From Octopus vulgaris (Eukaryota), in the NCBI GenBank assembly GCA_951406725.2, contig OX597821.1:44950001-45014000 (forward strand): 64,000 nt of DNA, given 5' to 3'. A model generated the notes under the pieces. That model was not told the DNA's origin and searched no databases. It saw only the letters and a program-made list of their open reading frames with translations. The position numbers and the translations under genes were made by a program. Shown piece by piece: positions 22,545-35,764 of the stretch. The number at the start of each line of letters is the position of its first letter. Positions within the stretch are counted from its first letter, which is position 1.

Positions 22545-23690
22545 GCATTTTATTCATTCCTCCAGAGCATGATGTTAATAACCTCATGCATTTTGAGTAG
22601 TGAAAGAATTTCAGATTCAGAATAATTTCTGAGAATATGCACTTTCAAATCTTTTTCAAAATTGCAGCTGTTTGATGCAAAATGTTCAGCAAGTTCTGTT
22701 GAACTATTGTTATTGTGCCTGATGTCATATCTGTGCTCACTAAATCTTTTGTTTAATCGTTCTGTTGCACAACCAATATAAATCAAGTTCTGTTTCATGT
22801 ATTCTGCTGCATACACAAATGGGAATCTCTACATGTCCCACCTACTATATAAATCATAACATTTCTGTTATGATTCCTGATGGAATTCACTTGACTCATG
22901 TTGTTGCACAATGAATAGGGCGTACCTCTCTTGTGACTGTTTTTCAAGGTACAGCATGCAGATATTCCAATTGGAGTCAGAAGTAGAGGTTAATAGTTCT
23001 CATATTTTTATTCCATCTAAAGGCTACAATAGCCAACTGAGGAAATATTTGTTTGAAACAAAGATATTTTTCCGCAACATGCTGGTAACTTTCATGCAAC
23101 ACTTTTGAAGTGCCAGTTAATCACTGAAGGAATTCTATTACATAATATACTGTGTTTGCTAAAATTATGCATGAAGGTTTGACTTTCTTTGTTAATCTTA
23201 GCTATTTCCTTTAATCATAATTCACTGTAACTGCATTTGACATAATGGTGTACAAAAGCATTTGCATGTTTCCAGTAATCCCCTATGTCAGTACAAATCT
23301 GTTTATCCTCAAAAATTGGGATTTCGGATTTGACTGAATTATATGATGTGGATGATTGGAGTGGTAGTGGAGGTAAATGTGGAATGACGTGGGCTTGCAA
23401 AATAACTCTGTCACTATTCTGCCTCCAGAAAACTTAACTTTTGTGACCAAAAATTCAACACTAGTTTTTGAAAAACTAGATGTAAATTTTATGTTGGGCT
23501 TAAAGCCATAGGTTTTAGCATAACAGTCACAGAAATGCAAGAAGTCAATTAAACTATCCAGTGATCCTTCCCAGACAAAACAGAAAACATCATCAATGAA
23601 CCGTAACCAGAGTATTAGTTAATGACAATGTAAGGATTTGAATGTCTTCAGTAACTGTGTCTCGAATTTCATTATGAAGACATTTTTTTT
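22545..23690 (-). pseudogene. Penelope-like element RT + GIY-YIG endonuclease remnant
   Basis: WLRFIDDVF, IKFT...VEFL, KPT..HIYLHYHSNHP, then YIG..ERLNKRFSEHRYDI...LAEHF. Confidence 0.9.
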
Positions 23691-25229
23691 TGTTTGAGTT
23701 AAAATCCTGCTAGTGTTGACTTAAAGTTTTTCTCCAAAGCTAACAAAATAATATCAGTAATGGAGTGAAAGTTTAGCATAGTAAACTGCAAATTTGTAAT
23801 CCAGTGTCAATTTTACAAATTAAGGCAAGTATGGAGGAATCACAGAATTATTAAAGATTCAAACAAAATGCCATGCCAATCTTAGATAGATAATTAAACA
23901 ATTATAATTCTTCTGAGCTTTAACTTCCTTTTGATTTTTTGATACCATCTTCATCTACTCTACATTTTAATTGGTTTCATCTGCAGTCAATATCAGGTGT
24001 ATTACTCCTTGATATATAAATAAACCCAAGCTAGATTTGACCTAGAATCCTTTATTAGAAGTAATAACATTCTCATTTGCTATGTCCACCAATGAATGTG
24101 ATAATATATTCATCAGTCTCGTCTAGTCTGGGACCATGTACACATCCAGGTAATTCAATATATGAAAATGACCAGAGATAAAATTAATTGAAACAATAAA
24201 AAAAAGTTTCATTTATGAATATGAATAATCTGCAAATTGATAATTTTATTTAAAACAAGTCATCCATTCATTATTTGATAGAAATATAATTATATATTCC
24301 TCCATTAACTCTTCAACTCCTCTCCTCACATCATTAATTTTTTTGTTTCCCTCTTCTTATACATACACGAACTCCTACCCAATGCTGATAACAGCTGAAA
24401 GAAGTTTCTAATATCACATCCTCCCAGTTTCTATTGCTTAGATAAGAATATAAATATATATTGATACATATTGAGCAGGTGCGACAGACACCTTCGGTAA
24501 GTGTCTTCTATTATAACTTAGGGCTGACCAAAACCTTGTGAGTGGATATTGTAGAAAGAAACTGATGATGATGATGATGATGATAATTGTCATCATCATC
24601 ACTGCAGCAGTGATAACAAAACAGAATCATTAGCATGCCAGACAAAATGCTTAGCAGTATTTCATCTGCCTTTACATTCTGAGTTCAAATTCCGCCAAGG
24701 TCGACTTTACCTTTCATCCATTTGGGGTTGATAAATGAAGTACCAGTTGAGCGCCGGAATCACTGTAATTGACTAAGCTTCTACCCAAGAATTTCAGGCC
24801 TTGTGCCTATAGCAGAAAAGATTATTTCCAAAGCCTTTGACAAAGTTCATCTTTATACATCATAGATTGAAAAATAATAGTAGCTTTCAATGGAGAGGTC
24901 AAATGGTTGTTTAGCATAAGGTCATGCCTCACCAAGCAGACCTTTGATTTAAGGTATTACAGTCATGAACATCACATCTGTTTTTTAAGGTTGTGAACTA
25001 CATTATAAAATATATTCTTTTTTTCATTTTTAAGATGATAGGATGTAATTCGATGGAGATTTAGCTGCTAAGCCTAGCAGATCAAATAGCCAAAGTGAGG
25101 ATCCCATTGGTAGTGACAGATGGTGCATTTTCTCAAAAGTGTCCTGTAATAAGTGGGGTACCCTCTGATCTTTCTTGTTCTTCAAGTTGTTAGACTGGAA
25201 CAGAACTGGCTTTAGTCAGTTTTTCAATA

Positions 25230-25670
25230 TCATCATCATTCATTTAGCGTCCGTTTTCCATGCTAGCATGGGTTGGACGGTTCAACTGGGGTCTGGGGAG
25301 CCCGAAGGCTGCACCAGGCCAGTCAGATCTGGCAGTGTTTCTACAGCTGGATGCCCTTCCTAACACCAACCACTCCGAGAGTGTAGTGGGTGATTTTATG
25401 TGCCACCGACACAGGTGCCAGACGAGGCTGGCAAACGGCCACGCTCGGATGGTGTTTTTTTATGTGCCACCGACACAGGTGCCAGACGAGGCTGGCAGAC
25501 GGCCACGCTCAGATGGTGTTTTTATGTGCCACCGACACAGGTGCCAGATGAGGCTGGCGAACGGCGAAACGGCCACGATTGGATGGTGTTTGTTACTTGC
25601 CCACAGCACGGAGGCCAGTCGATGCGGTACTGGCTACCGCCACGTTTGGATAGTTTTCTTGTGTGCCACC
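25230..25670 (-). mobile_element. RTE LINE 3' end, young subfamily, 4-5 tandem units
   Basis: Near-identical to the 3552 and 34749 copies. Confidence 0.85.
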
Positions 25671-26808
25671 ATATAATCATTAAAATAACAGTGAGGAAAC
25701 ATGACAAATAGAGATAGCACTACCTTATAACAAAAGCTAGGCAACACATATGGCTATGCAATAGTCATATATGGTGTCTGTATGTGACAATAAAATTACA
25801 TTTCTTTCAACTGTTACAAACAGAAACTTCATGGAAGAAGACAATCCAAATTGATGTGGAGGTGGGTTGGGGCTTTAATTTTTATCTCAAAAACCAATGA
25901 GACCAATAGATATAACTAAAAATGAAGTACATCCTCTATCCCCATGCTTCATAAGGCTGATTTTTGTTTTTAGTTTTATAATGGGAACAGATGAGAGTCA
26001 AATATATCCTGGATAGGATGGTAGTCTCATGAGACATTGAGATATCTGATGCTAATCTCAAACTGGAACAGACAGAAATAAGTGTCATGTTCTTAGACAC
26101 AACAAAATACTTGCAGAAGATTTGAACTTCCAAATGGTCATCTGAGAAGGATTAACTGCTTAGAGGAGAATTTCACCAATGTTTTGTATAATAGAGAAGA
26201 GAGAATTATTCATTTATTTATTTATTTTACAAGATACAAAGTAAGCAAAAGATAAGTAAATATATTCTCGAAGAGATGAGTTGTTTTTTGTTTCTAGCAC
26301 TAAATTGTAGGTTGATAGATCATCCCAGAATAAGAAAACAGAAAGTACTGGTAGGCTGGGAAAATGATACTGATAATAGATGAAGTGACAATATTGTTGC
26401 AGATATTAATTAAGAAAACAACAACAACAACAACAACAACAATGAGAAACATATTTACTTAGATAGTGAGAACTATGTCAATAAGATTACTTCAAAAGTA
26501 TAAAGTTAAGAAGATTGAATGGAAAAAAATCTGACTTTTCTAACACATTTTTTTTTAGCTGGTAAAGGATTGGGGAACAAGCAGCAAATTTTTTTAAAAA
26601 ACACCAAAAAAACCCAGTCAATTTAGGGCTACATAGTTGAGTGATTAACAGATTTAACATACAAAGACTGAAAAAGAGAGGAGGAGAGGTGATGGTGGTG
26701 GTGATGAGCTGGAAAGGCAGTGTAAGAGAGGGAAGGTAGAAACTATTGCAAATATTTCCAATTTTTATACAAAGAATTTTTAACCTGACAAGAAGATAGA
26801 GGAGGAGT

Positions 26809-26875
<67 letters not shown>

Positions 26876-27739
26876 GGAGAGACATAGATGAAAAGTGAGA
26901 GGAAAAAGAGGGGGAATGAGAGAGAAAGAGAGGGAAGGAAGGAGAGAAAGAGAGAGATTCCTACTACAAATAGCTTTTTGACTTAGCTACTGAACTTTTG
27001 TAAGAAGTAAGGAAAGCTACCCAGAGCACCATTAACCTAGCTACTAATATTGTTTCCTTACAGAATTATATAGTTAGATATTAACAAGATGAATAAAGAG
27101 GATATTTCCTCTGGTTTATCAGAGCGCAGGACAATTTTGTGTTAATGAAAAGAAGAGTATGATTTAAGATTTATGACTTATTAAATAGAGGCTGCTGCAT
27201 AAGGTCTAGAAGTGCCTGGGAAAAAAATATCCACCTCTTTTTCTCTGAGATGAATGGGTGGTTTCAAGACAGTAGATTCTTCTCTTGATGGAATAATACA
27301 AACTTATCCCAACACACAAAATCATCCTATAATTTTCTCAATGAGAACCATGACTAAGTTTCTTTATGTACTAAATGGTTCTCAACGATTTTTCACTTAT
27401 GAACCCCTTCGGTTACTATTTTATGCTGGTAAACCTCCACAGACATTCAATGATTAAAACTAACATTATAGATACTTCTTTCAAAATTCCTGTATAGTTA
27501 TTCACACATCAATTTGTTTAGGTTATTATTTTAATATTTTCCAAAACACTTTTTAACAGCAACATCAGAAGAACATGATTATTCACAAAATAAAAAAAAA
27601 ACAAACAACCAAGTAATTCCTTTATCTATGCAGTTGGTTGTTTGTCTACCCAGCAAAAGAAAAACAACTAGAAGAAATAAATAAAAGTAAAGGCCACAAT
27701 CTTAAATCATAGTTCAACATTTCTCATGGCACCAGCAGA

Positions 27740-28660
27740 CAAAATGGGAAAGGCGTTGCCCTGGAGGGTAGCGAACATCCCCTCTGACTAAAGGATCTGT
27801 AAGGGGCATTCGTGAGGCTCACAGATCTGGAGACCAAGCCTCAAGGAAACGCAAATGTGTAAGCAGTCACTATCAAGCTGAATGCCAGTTGTGAATGATG
27901 GCACCACATTGAGCCAAGCTTTGCTGTGAGGCTCAGACGCTGAATGGAAATATGCCAGACTGTCCGCAGTAATGCTACACTAAATAGCATCCCATTTCTT
28001 TTGAGAGGAGCAGATATCCACAGAAGGGAGAGGGGGATGGACATCAGCTGGGAGCAGGCCAAGCTGGTTCCATGTCATGTAGGCTGCCTTGCATTCTCCA
28101 ATCATAGATGGTTCAGAAAAACTGGTAGGATGAGACTGGAGAATGAAGGCTGAGGCTGAGGTCAACTTTACCTTTCATCCTGTAGGGGTCGATAAAATAA
28201 GTACCAGTTGAACACTGGGGTCAATGTAATCAACTCATCCCCTCCTCCAAAGTTGCTGCCCTCGTGGCAAAATTTGAAACCATATTTGATGGGTAAAGTT
28301 GCCTGTTGCCATCCAGTCTCATCGAAACGAATGTTGCATATCTCTTTGGTGGCCTGTTGGATACAGGAATCAAGGTCTGCGAGGAGAGATATGTAGTTGG
28401 GCACTGTGGAAGGAAAACAATAACTTAGGCATGTGAAAGCAGTTCTTTAACAGGAACAATGCTGGGTGGGCATCAATTGCCTTCTGCCAGCCCTTCAGTC
28501 TTTCTAGCTGAAGGAGCCTAGACCTGAAGGTGGAGTGAACGGCAGGCAGGAGGATCAGGAAACCAAGGATAAGGATGTCCTCTTTTGAGATCACCTGTTG
28601 TACTGTGTACAATGTTAGAGAAAGAAAGCTAGTTGCTTCTTGTAATAAATACATCAAAGT
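27740..28660 (-). pseudogene. CRE-like (restriction-like endonuclease) non-LTR RT-region fragment interrupted by a SINE at 28152-28282
   Basis: IDAHPALFLLKNCFHMPKLL and ICNIRFDETGWQQATLPIK motifs. Confidence 0.6.
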
Positions 28661-28683
28661 CAAAATTTTTGATGCACCCTTAA

Positions 28684-28828
28684 CCCTTTAGCATTATCTC
28701 ATAGTTTCAAGTTTTCAATGATTTGATTTAGCATTATAGGGTAGGTATGAGAAGCTAGACCTGGCTGTTTTGACCATAAAACAGTTAAAATAGTTTGGCT
28801 GGATATGACCAGTTTAAATGCTAAAGGG
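28684..28828. mobile_element. TTAA-specific (piggyBac-like) MITE; partial relatives ~47124-47337, ~48017-48190
   Basis: TTAA|CCCTTTAGCATT ... AATGCTAAAGGG|TTAA. Confidence 0.8.
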
Positions 28829-29217
28829 TTAAAATACTATTCTGGATCCCCAGTTTACTATTTTGCAAGTGTGGACCCCAAAATCTTACATGGACCTTAA
28901 AGTACCGCTGTACTAATTTTTATCAGACAGATGAAACAACTTTTTTATTATTAATTGTTGTTTCAGAGGCAGCATCTTGAAAGGTTTTAGTCAAACAAAT
29001 TTGCCCTTGTATTTTTTTTAAAGTTGCTATTTATTATATCATTCCCTTTTACCAAAACACCAAGTTATGGGGGGATGTAAACAAACCAACACTGATTATC
29101 AAAAGGTGTGAGACAAAAATACATACACACATATACACACACACATATATATATAAATAATGCATTTTTTAATACTTCTTTCATTTTTCAAAAATTAAGA
29201 TAAAAGTTATTTTTTAA

Positions 29218-29720
29218 TCTAAAATATTCTCTCCTTCATTTTTTACAACACTCTTCCAAATATCTGGTAGACTTGCAAGGCCCCTCTTCCAAAATTCACT
29301 AGTCTGTGATGAAAAATACTCTGCCATCTACAGAATTCATATTTTTCCGTCCAAATGATTTTGAATATTGTGGAATAAATGATAATCAGATGGAGCAATG
29401 TCAGGTGAATATGGTGGGTGGAGTATCATTTCTCATTCAAACTTTGCTAGCCTTTGTTATGTCATCCTTGCTGTATGTGGCCAAGCATTATCCAGATGGA
29501 AGGACACCTTTTGTCTTGAAACCAAAAATGGTTGTTTTTTCTTCTAGCGCTGACTTAAACCATTCAAGCTGCTCACAGAGATCTCCTTTGTTATCATTTG
29601 GTCTGAGTTTAAAAGTTGAAAATCAACTAAACCTTTCATATCCCACCAAACAGATAACAACACCTTATGTGGGTGAAGACCTTCTTTAGCCAGGTGTGCT
29701 GATGTTTCTCCTTTCCCTAC
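29218..29720 (-). pseudogene. mariner (DD34D) transposase C-terminal remnant
   Basis: FHLDNAWPH ... HPPYSPDIAPSDYHLF ... FWKRGLASLPDIWKSVVKNEG. Confidence 0.85.
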
Positions 29721-30204
29721 CCACTGACTATATTTTTATATTATTTTACTCTTTTATTTGTTTCAGTCGCTGGACTGGCTCCATGACATAGGTGGAGAGT
29801 GAGGGGCATTACCAGGGTATCTTATCATCTTAGACTGGTGATGGGGTTTGTTACCACAACAACTTATCATAGACTAATGGCAGCAGGATAGGCTTACCAA
29901 CTTTCGGACTGTGCTTTGTTCTTGTCTAAGGATTGAGTGGCCAAACAAAATGTTAAAGTGGGAATGAGCTAGTGGTAATCTGCAACTGAATCTATGGTGT
30001 AGGTAGTTGGGTGAGGAGTTGCATTTTGTAAGAGGAATTATTTGAGATTGGACCATTGCTGTTTATGTGATTGTTATAAAGTTTGGTCAGTATACTGTAG
30101 GTAAAGTGAGTGACAGTGATATTCTCCCCCATGTAGAAGAAAGATGGGAGGCTCTTGGTGAAGTAGTTGTGAAGATCTAGATCAGTCAGGGGATTTTGTG
30201 AATG

Positions 30205-30582
30205 GCATCATCATCATCATCATCATCATCGTTTAACGTCCGTTTTCCGTGCTGGCACGGGTTGGACGGTTGGACGGTTCGACCGGGGTCTGGGAAGCCA
30301 GGGACTGCACCAGGCTCCAGTCTGATCTGGCAGTGTTTCTACAGCTGGATGCCCTTCCTAACGCCAACCACTCCGCGAGTGTAGTGGGTGCTTTTTATGT
30401 GCCAGGGGAGTCTGGCATCAGCCACGATCAGTTGGTGCTTTTAACGTGCCACCGGCATGAAAGCCAGCCAAGGCGGCGCTGGCATCGGCCACGTTCAGAT
30501 GGTGCTTTTTATGTGCCACCGGCACAGAAGCCAGTCGAGGCGGCGCTGGCATCAGCCACGTTCGGATGGTGCTTTTTATGTG
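30205..30582 (-). mobile_element. RTE LINE 3' end with tandem units
   Basis: (CAT)n, ctggatgcccttcctaacgcc, ggtgctttttatgtgccaccggcac units. Confidence 0.85.
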
Positions 30583-31059
30583 CATGTCAATGAAAAAGTA
30601 CCTTGAATGTTTTTAGTAGAGCAACTTGCCTGATGATGAGTCGCATCTTCTGTAAGCTGTTTCTTGAGAAATGTTGCCCATGCCTGACCGAAATTGTCAA
30701 ACTTAGGGGTGTGGAAGTATGCCAACTGCAGTGACTTGTAACATTCACATGCAATTTAACCTGCTGCCAATGCCACCAGAATAACACACGCACACACACA
30801 TACATACATACACACACAGATACATTTACACACATATGTATGCTTACAGTTAGAAGAGAAAACTGACAGTGGTAATTCTTCTTAGTTCTTAATACTCTGC
30901 AATATTGTCTAACCAGTTCTGAGCTTGCCTTGGCATACAGTTTAATGCTAACATCAGAATCAGAGTATTATGTATACATTATGATACTACATATATATAT
31001 ATAGCATGGAAAAAGGATGTAAAACGATGATGATGATGATGATATACATATATACATAT

Positions 31060-31098
<39 letters not shown>

Positions 31099-31312
31099 CA
31101 TACATAGTGGAAGCAAAATGGAAACACAGCAAAGTATCAATTTGGATAGGTTTCCTTTGAAACAAAGTAACTATTTCAGCTCAGTTTCCAATGATTTGGA
31201 CAAATTTTCAATGTGGTCATAAATACATTACGTTCTTAAATTGATTTTTGAGTTATATAAAAATCAACGGACATGCTGTGCATGACTAGCAAGTCTTGAC
31301 TCTATACCACTG

Positions 31313-31351
<39 letters not shown>

Positions 31352-31483
31352 TATATTATTATTAACAATATATAGAAAATTGTGAGGGAGGTTAACATGT
31401 AAATTTTCAATCAAACATTACTTATAGTGTGTGTGTGTGTGTATGTGTGTGTATATATATATATATGTATGTATGTATGTATA

Positions 31484-31728
31484 TTATTATTTTTATTTAT
31501 TTATGCGCCCGTTTCAAACCTAGCCAAACTCATGGGCCCGGTTTCTGTGGCGTATGTGTTCCCCCAAGTTGGACAGGGCGCCAGTCCTTCGCAGCGTTAC
31601 TCAAGAAACAGGAAGAAAGAGTGAGAGAAAGTAGGTGTTTTTGCTCAATAAACACACACAACGCCCGGTCTTGGAATCAAAACCACGATCCTCCAACCGC
31701 GAGTCCTCTGCCCTAACCACTGGGCCTC
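31484..31728 (-). mobile_element. tRNA-derived SINE sharing the head of 50191 but with a different 3' half
   Basis: Minus strand ggaggcccagtggttagggcagaggactcgcgg...gttttgattcc, then gactggcgccctgtcc, (AAAT)n tail. Confidence 0.8.
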
Positions 31729-32494
31729 CACACACACACACATATATATATATAAAAACACACAAACATGCATGCATGCACACACACACATTTAGGGAGA
31801 GAGAGAGAGAGATGAAAAGAGAAAATCTCTGCTTTGCACTCTGTCGTCTATCCTGAAACATCATATAACCTATTAGTATTAAATCATTTACATTTTAAGA
31901 TTTCCTTTTTTATTTATTTAACATACATTTATTTTTCTTTTTACAAATTCTAGTACTTTTAACACCTAATTTATTTGCAAACCTTTTACTTTTGCAAAAC
32001 CATAATGTTATTGATTAAATGAACTCATATGTAAGATCTAAACGAGAACACCAACATGGTATACATTTGTAGCAGGCATATGCAGTCAATTGAATCAACT
32101 GTATTCATAATTGATAACTCTTTTATTGATCCCAAACTAGTGAAAGGCAAAGTCTATTCCTGAGGGAGTTGAATGAAAGTAAATACTGAAAGACAAAATG
32201 AAATGAGTTCATGAAAAATCATATGTTATTTGGTATTCTATCATTCAAAATTTCCTTGATTCTGTTTCTTGTCACATAATGTGACCTTGTTAATTGACTT
32301 TTAGACATTTTTTTTTTAGCTTCACAACCACACTTTATGAGTTCAGTCCCACTGCACAGCACCTTGAGCAGGTGTCTTCTACTGTATAGCCCTGTGAGTG
32401 AATTTGGTTGATAGAAACTATGTGAAGCCCATTGTGTGTGGGTGTGTGTGTGTGCATGTGTGTATGCATGTGTGTGTGTGTGTATATGTATATA

Positions 32495-33072
32495 AGCAAA
32501 AAGTATAGCCGTTATTAAAGTGACAGAGGGTGTTAGTAAGCACTAGCATTGCTAGAAATAAGAACCAAAACAACTCTTAGCCATATAAACACACTTTTCT
32601 AATGGCTGACAAGGGAGGCCCGGCTCCCTTCCTATGACAAGCGAGATGGAGTCATATCAGCACTAATTTCAGATTTAATCAGTCTTCAACAGTGATCCAT
32701 TACTCTGTCACTGAGGGTTAGAGAACCTAAGTCACCTTGTCAGTCTCATTTTAATGATGGCTATACTTTTTGCCTATCAGTTCAAAACTGTGAATAGCAA
32801 CCTTAATAATTCATAATTCTCACTTCACCATTTTAGAAATGATTTGCTGCTTTCAACGAGGCTGACAAGGGGACTTATGTTCTCTAACTTTCATCGATGG
32901 AATAATAGGTCACTGATGAAGACTGGCTAAATCTGAAATCAGGACTGATATGATTCCATCTCAGCCATTAGAAAAGTGCACTCACATGCCTAAGAGTTGT
33001 TTTGACTCTTACTTCTAGTAATGCTGGGGCTAACTAACACAATCTATTACTTTAATGACAACTATATTTTTG
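32495..33072. repeat. ~230-bp-arm inverted repeat (32495-32747 / 32858-33072), Penelope-like pLTR pair
   Basis: Arms align as reverse complements (e.g. aaaacaactcttag / ctaagagttgtttt; cttttctaatggctga / tcagccattagaaaag). Confidence 0.8.
32908..32955 (+). ncRNA. Type-I hammerhead ribozyme motif, canonical core
   Basis: GGTCA-CTGATGA-AGA(9 nt)TCT-GAAA-TCAG(GA)CTGA-TA-TGATT. Confidence 0.7.
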
Positions 33073-33074
33073 AC

Positions 33075-34458
33075 AGGCAAAGATGGGTTGCCCCTGCGAG
33101 CTCCTCTATGCTGATGACCTGGCCCTTATGGCAGAGTCACTACCGGAACTAGAAAAGAAATTTTGAGTGTGGAAGATAGGTTTAGAATCAAAAGGCCTTA
33201 GAGTCAATGTAGCAAAGACCAAAGTTCCAGTAAGTAGGTGAACTCATCACACACCTCCTCGTGTAGGTGGCCCTGCTCAATCTGTAGAAAAGGTGTAGGT
33301 AGAAACTCCATAAGATGTACCCAGTGTAAGCTATGGACACATAAGAGGTGCAGCAACATCAAATGAAAATTAACCGAGAAGATAGCTTTCGTGTGCGGCA
33401 GATGCACATGGGGCAATAGACACCACAGATACTTAGAAAACAGATTCCATCACACTCCAGGGGAAGAAACTAGAAGTAGTTGATAGCTTCCGCTACCTAG
33501 GTGACCAAGTTAGTAGTGATGGTGGATGCTCCAAGAGTGTTACCACTAGAATAAGAATAGCCTGGGCAAAGTTTAGAAAGCTTCTTCTCCTAGTGGTGAC
33601 AAAGAGTCTCTCACTCAGAGTGAAAGGTAGATTGTACAACATATGTGTGCGAACTGCCATGCTTCATGGCAGTGAAACATGGGCCATGACTGCAGAGGAC
33701 ATGTGTAGGCTCAAAAGAAATGAAGCTAGCATGATCTGCTGGATGTGTAATGTCAGTGTGCATGCACGACAGAGTTTAAGCACCCTGAGAGACGTTTACG
33801 TTGGTATGGTCATGTACTATGGATGGATGAGGAGAGATGTGTGAAAAAGTGCCACTCCCAAACAGTTGAAGGAATCCGGTGTAGAGGTAGACCCAGGAAA
33901 ATATGGGATGAGGTGGTCAAGCATGATCTTCAAATGTTGGGCCTCACAGAGGCAATGACAAAAGACCGAGACCTCTGGAGATATGCTGTGACTGCGAAGA
34001 CCTGACAAATGAAGTGAGTTCATGGCTCGCAGGACAGCCTGTTGTGCTTACCTTGGATCGTAGGGTGACCTGCTGTGCTTGAGGAAACCTACTGAGGAAA
34101 CATCAAAATAAAGATCAAATGGAAATTGTAGTTGTGATACCTGTGCTAGTGGCACGTAAAAAACATCATCCGAATGTGGCCAATGCCAGCGCTGCCTTGA
34201 CTGATGTCTGTGCCGGTGGCACGTAAAGAGCACCAGCCGATTGTGGACATTGCCAGCCTCCTCTGGCCCCTGTGCCGGTCACACATAAAAAGCACCCACT
34301 ACACCCACGAAGTGGTTGGCGTTAGGAAAGGCATCCAGCTGTAGAAACACTGCCAGACCAGACTGGAGCCTGGTGCAGCCTCCATGGCCTACCAGACCCA
34401 GGTCGAACTATCCATCCCATGCTAGCATGGAAAACGGATGATAAACGATGATGATGAT
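33075..34458 (+). mobile_element. 5'-truncated RTE-clade LINE: RT (YADD), inserted PHD finger, C-terminus, 3' UTR tandem units, (GAT)n tail
   Basis: ELLYADDLAL (YADD 33107-33118), GLRVNVAKTK, C4HC3 motif 33274-33405, VVDSFRYLGD, LHGSETW, GRPRKIWDEVVKHD. Confidence 0.92.
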
Positions 34459-34748
34459 ACATATATATGTGTGTGTATATATATATATATATGATGCAGC
34501 ACGGATTTTTGTCAGTGAACAGGTTGCGGTCCTATAGTGCCGAAAATATTTTGACAAATTAAACTTAAATGTTGAAGTGAATCGAATGGCTTTTGTGCGT
34601 TTCTTAAATGGCTTACAAACACCTTCCACGCTGCAATTGTTTTCATTTCAGCACACAATCTCAGATCAAATCACTTGCTATGCAAGTACATCTCTCTCTA
34701 TATATAAATATATATACATGTATGTATATGTGTGTATATATATATATA

Positions 34749-35670
34749 TCATCATTATCATCATCATCATTTAACGTCCGCTTTCCATGCTAGCATGGGT
34801 TGGACGGTTCAACTGGGGTCTGGGGAGCCCGAAGGCTGCACCAGGCCAGTCAGATCTGGCAGTGTTTCTACAGCTGGATGCCCTTCCTAACGCCAACCAC
34901 TCCGAGAGTGTAGTGGGTGATTTTATGTGCCACCGACACAGGTGCCAGACGAGGCTGGCGAACGGCCACGCTCGGATGGTGTTTTTTATGTGCCATCGAC
35001 ACAGGTGCCAGACGAGGCTGGCAGACAGCCACGCTCGGATGGTGTTTTTATGTGCCACCGACACAGGTGCCAGATGAGGCTGGCGAACGGCCACGATCGG
35101 ATGGTGTTTGTTACGTGCCCACAGTACGGAGGCCAGTCGATGCGGTACTGGCTACGGCCACGTTCGGATGGTTTTCTTGTGTGCCACTGGCACTGGTACC
35201 ACAAAGATACAAATTCCATTGATGTTCATCTATTTTGATTTGTTTTGATTTTCACTTGCCTCAACAGGTCTTCACAAGTGTCACAAGAAGGAAGGTATGC
35301 ACAAGTGGACTGACTACGTCCCAGGTAGGGGCCACGGGTTATGGCCTGACTAGTCTTGCCGGGTCTTCGGATGGTGTTTTTATGTGCCACCAACACAGGT
35401 GCCAGATGAGGCTGGCGAACGGCCACGATCGGATGGTGTTTGTTACGTGCCCACATCACGGAGGCCAGTCGATGCGGTACTGACTACGGCCACGTTCGGA
35501 TGGTTTTCTTGTGTGCCACCGGCACTGGTACCACAAAGATACAAATTCCATTGATGTTCATCTATTTTGATTTATTTTGATTTGATTTGATTTGATTTTC
35601 ACTTGCCTCAACAGGTCTTCACAGGTCTTCCCACGTGTCACAAGAAGGAAGGTATGCACAGGTGGACTGA
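34749..35670 (-). mobile_element. RTE LINE 3' UTR, young subfamily, with internal ~300-bp direct duplication
   Basis: 35036-35312 is repeated at 35368-35670. Confidence 0.85.
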
Positions 35671-35764
35671 GAGAGAGAGAGATTTAGGAAGTACCTTCAG
35701 CACTGCTGGTCTTGATGATGAAATTTCATGCAGAATCAGCAAGGTTAGTAGTACTTTTGATACA

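Noticed and set aside
29830-30775. LINE endonuclease remnant on the minus strand around the 30.2 kb insertion
   Set aside because: Only vague motif resemblance; could not support a call
35250-35282. Minus-strand CTGTTGAGGCAAGTGAAA as a hammerhead
   Set aside because: Better explained as a CACTTG/CAAGTG hairpin; stems I and III cannot be formed
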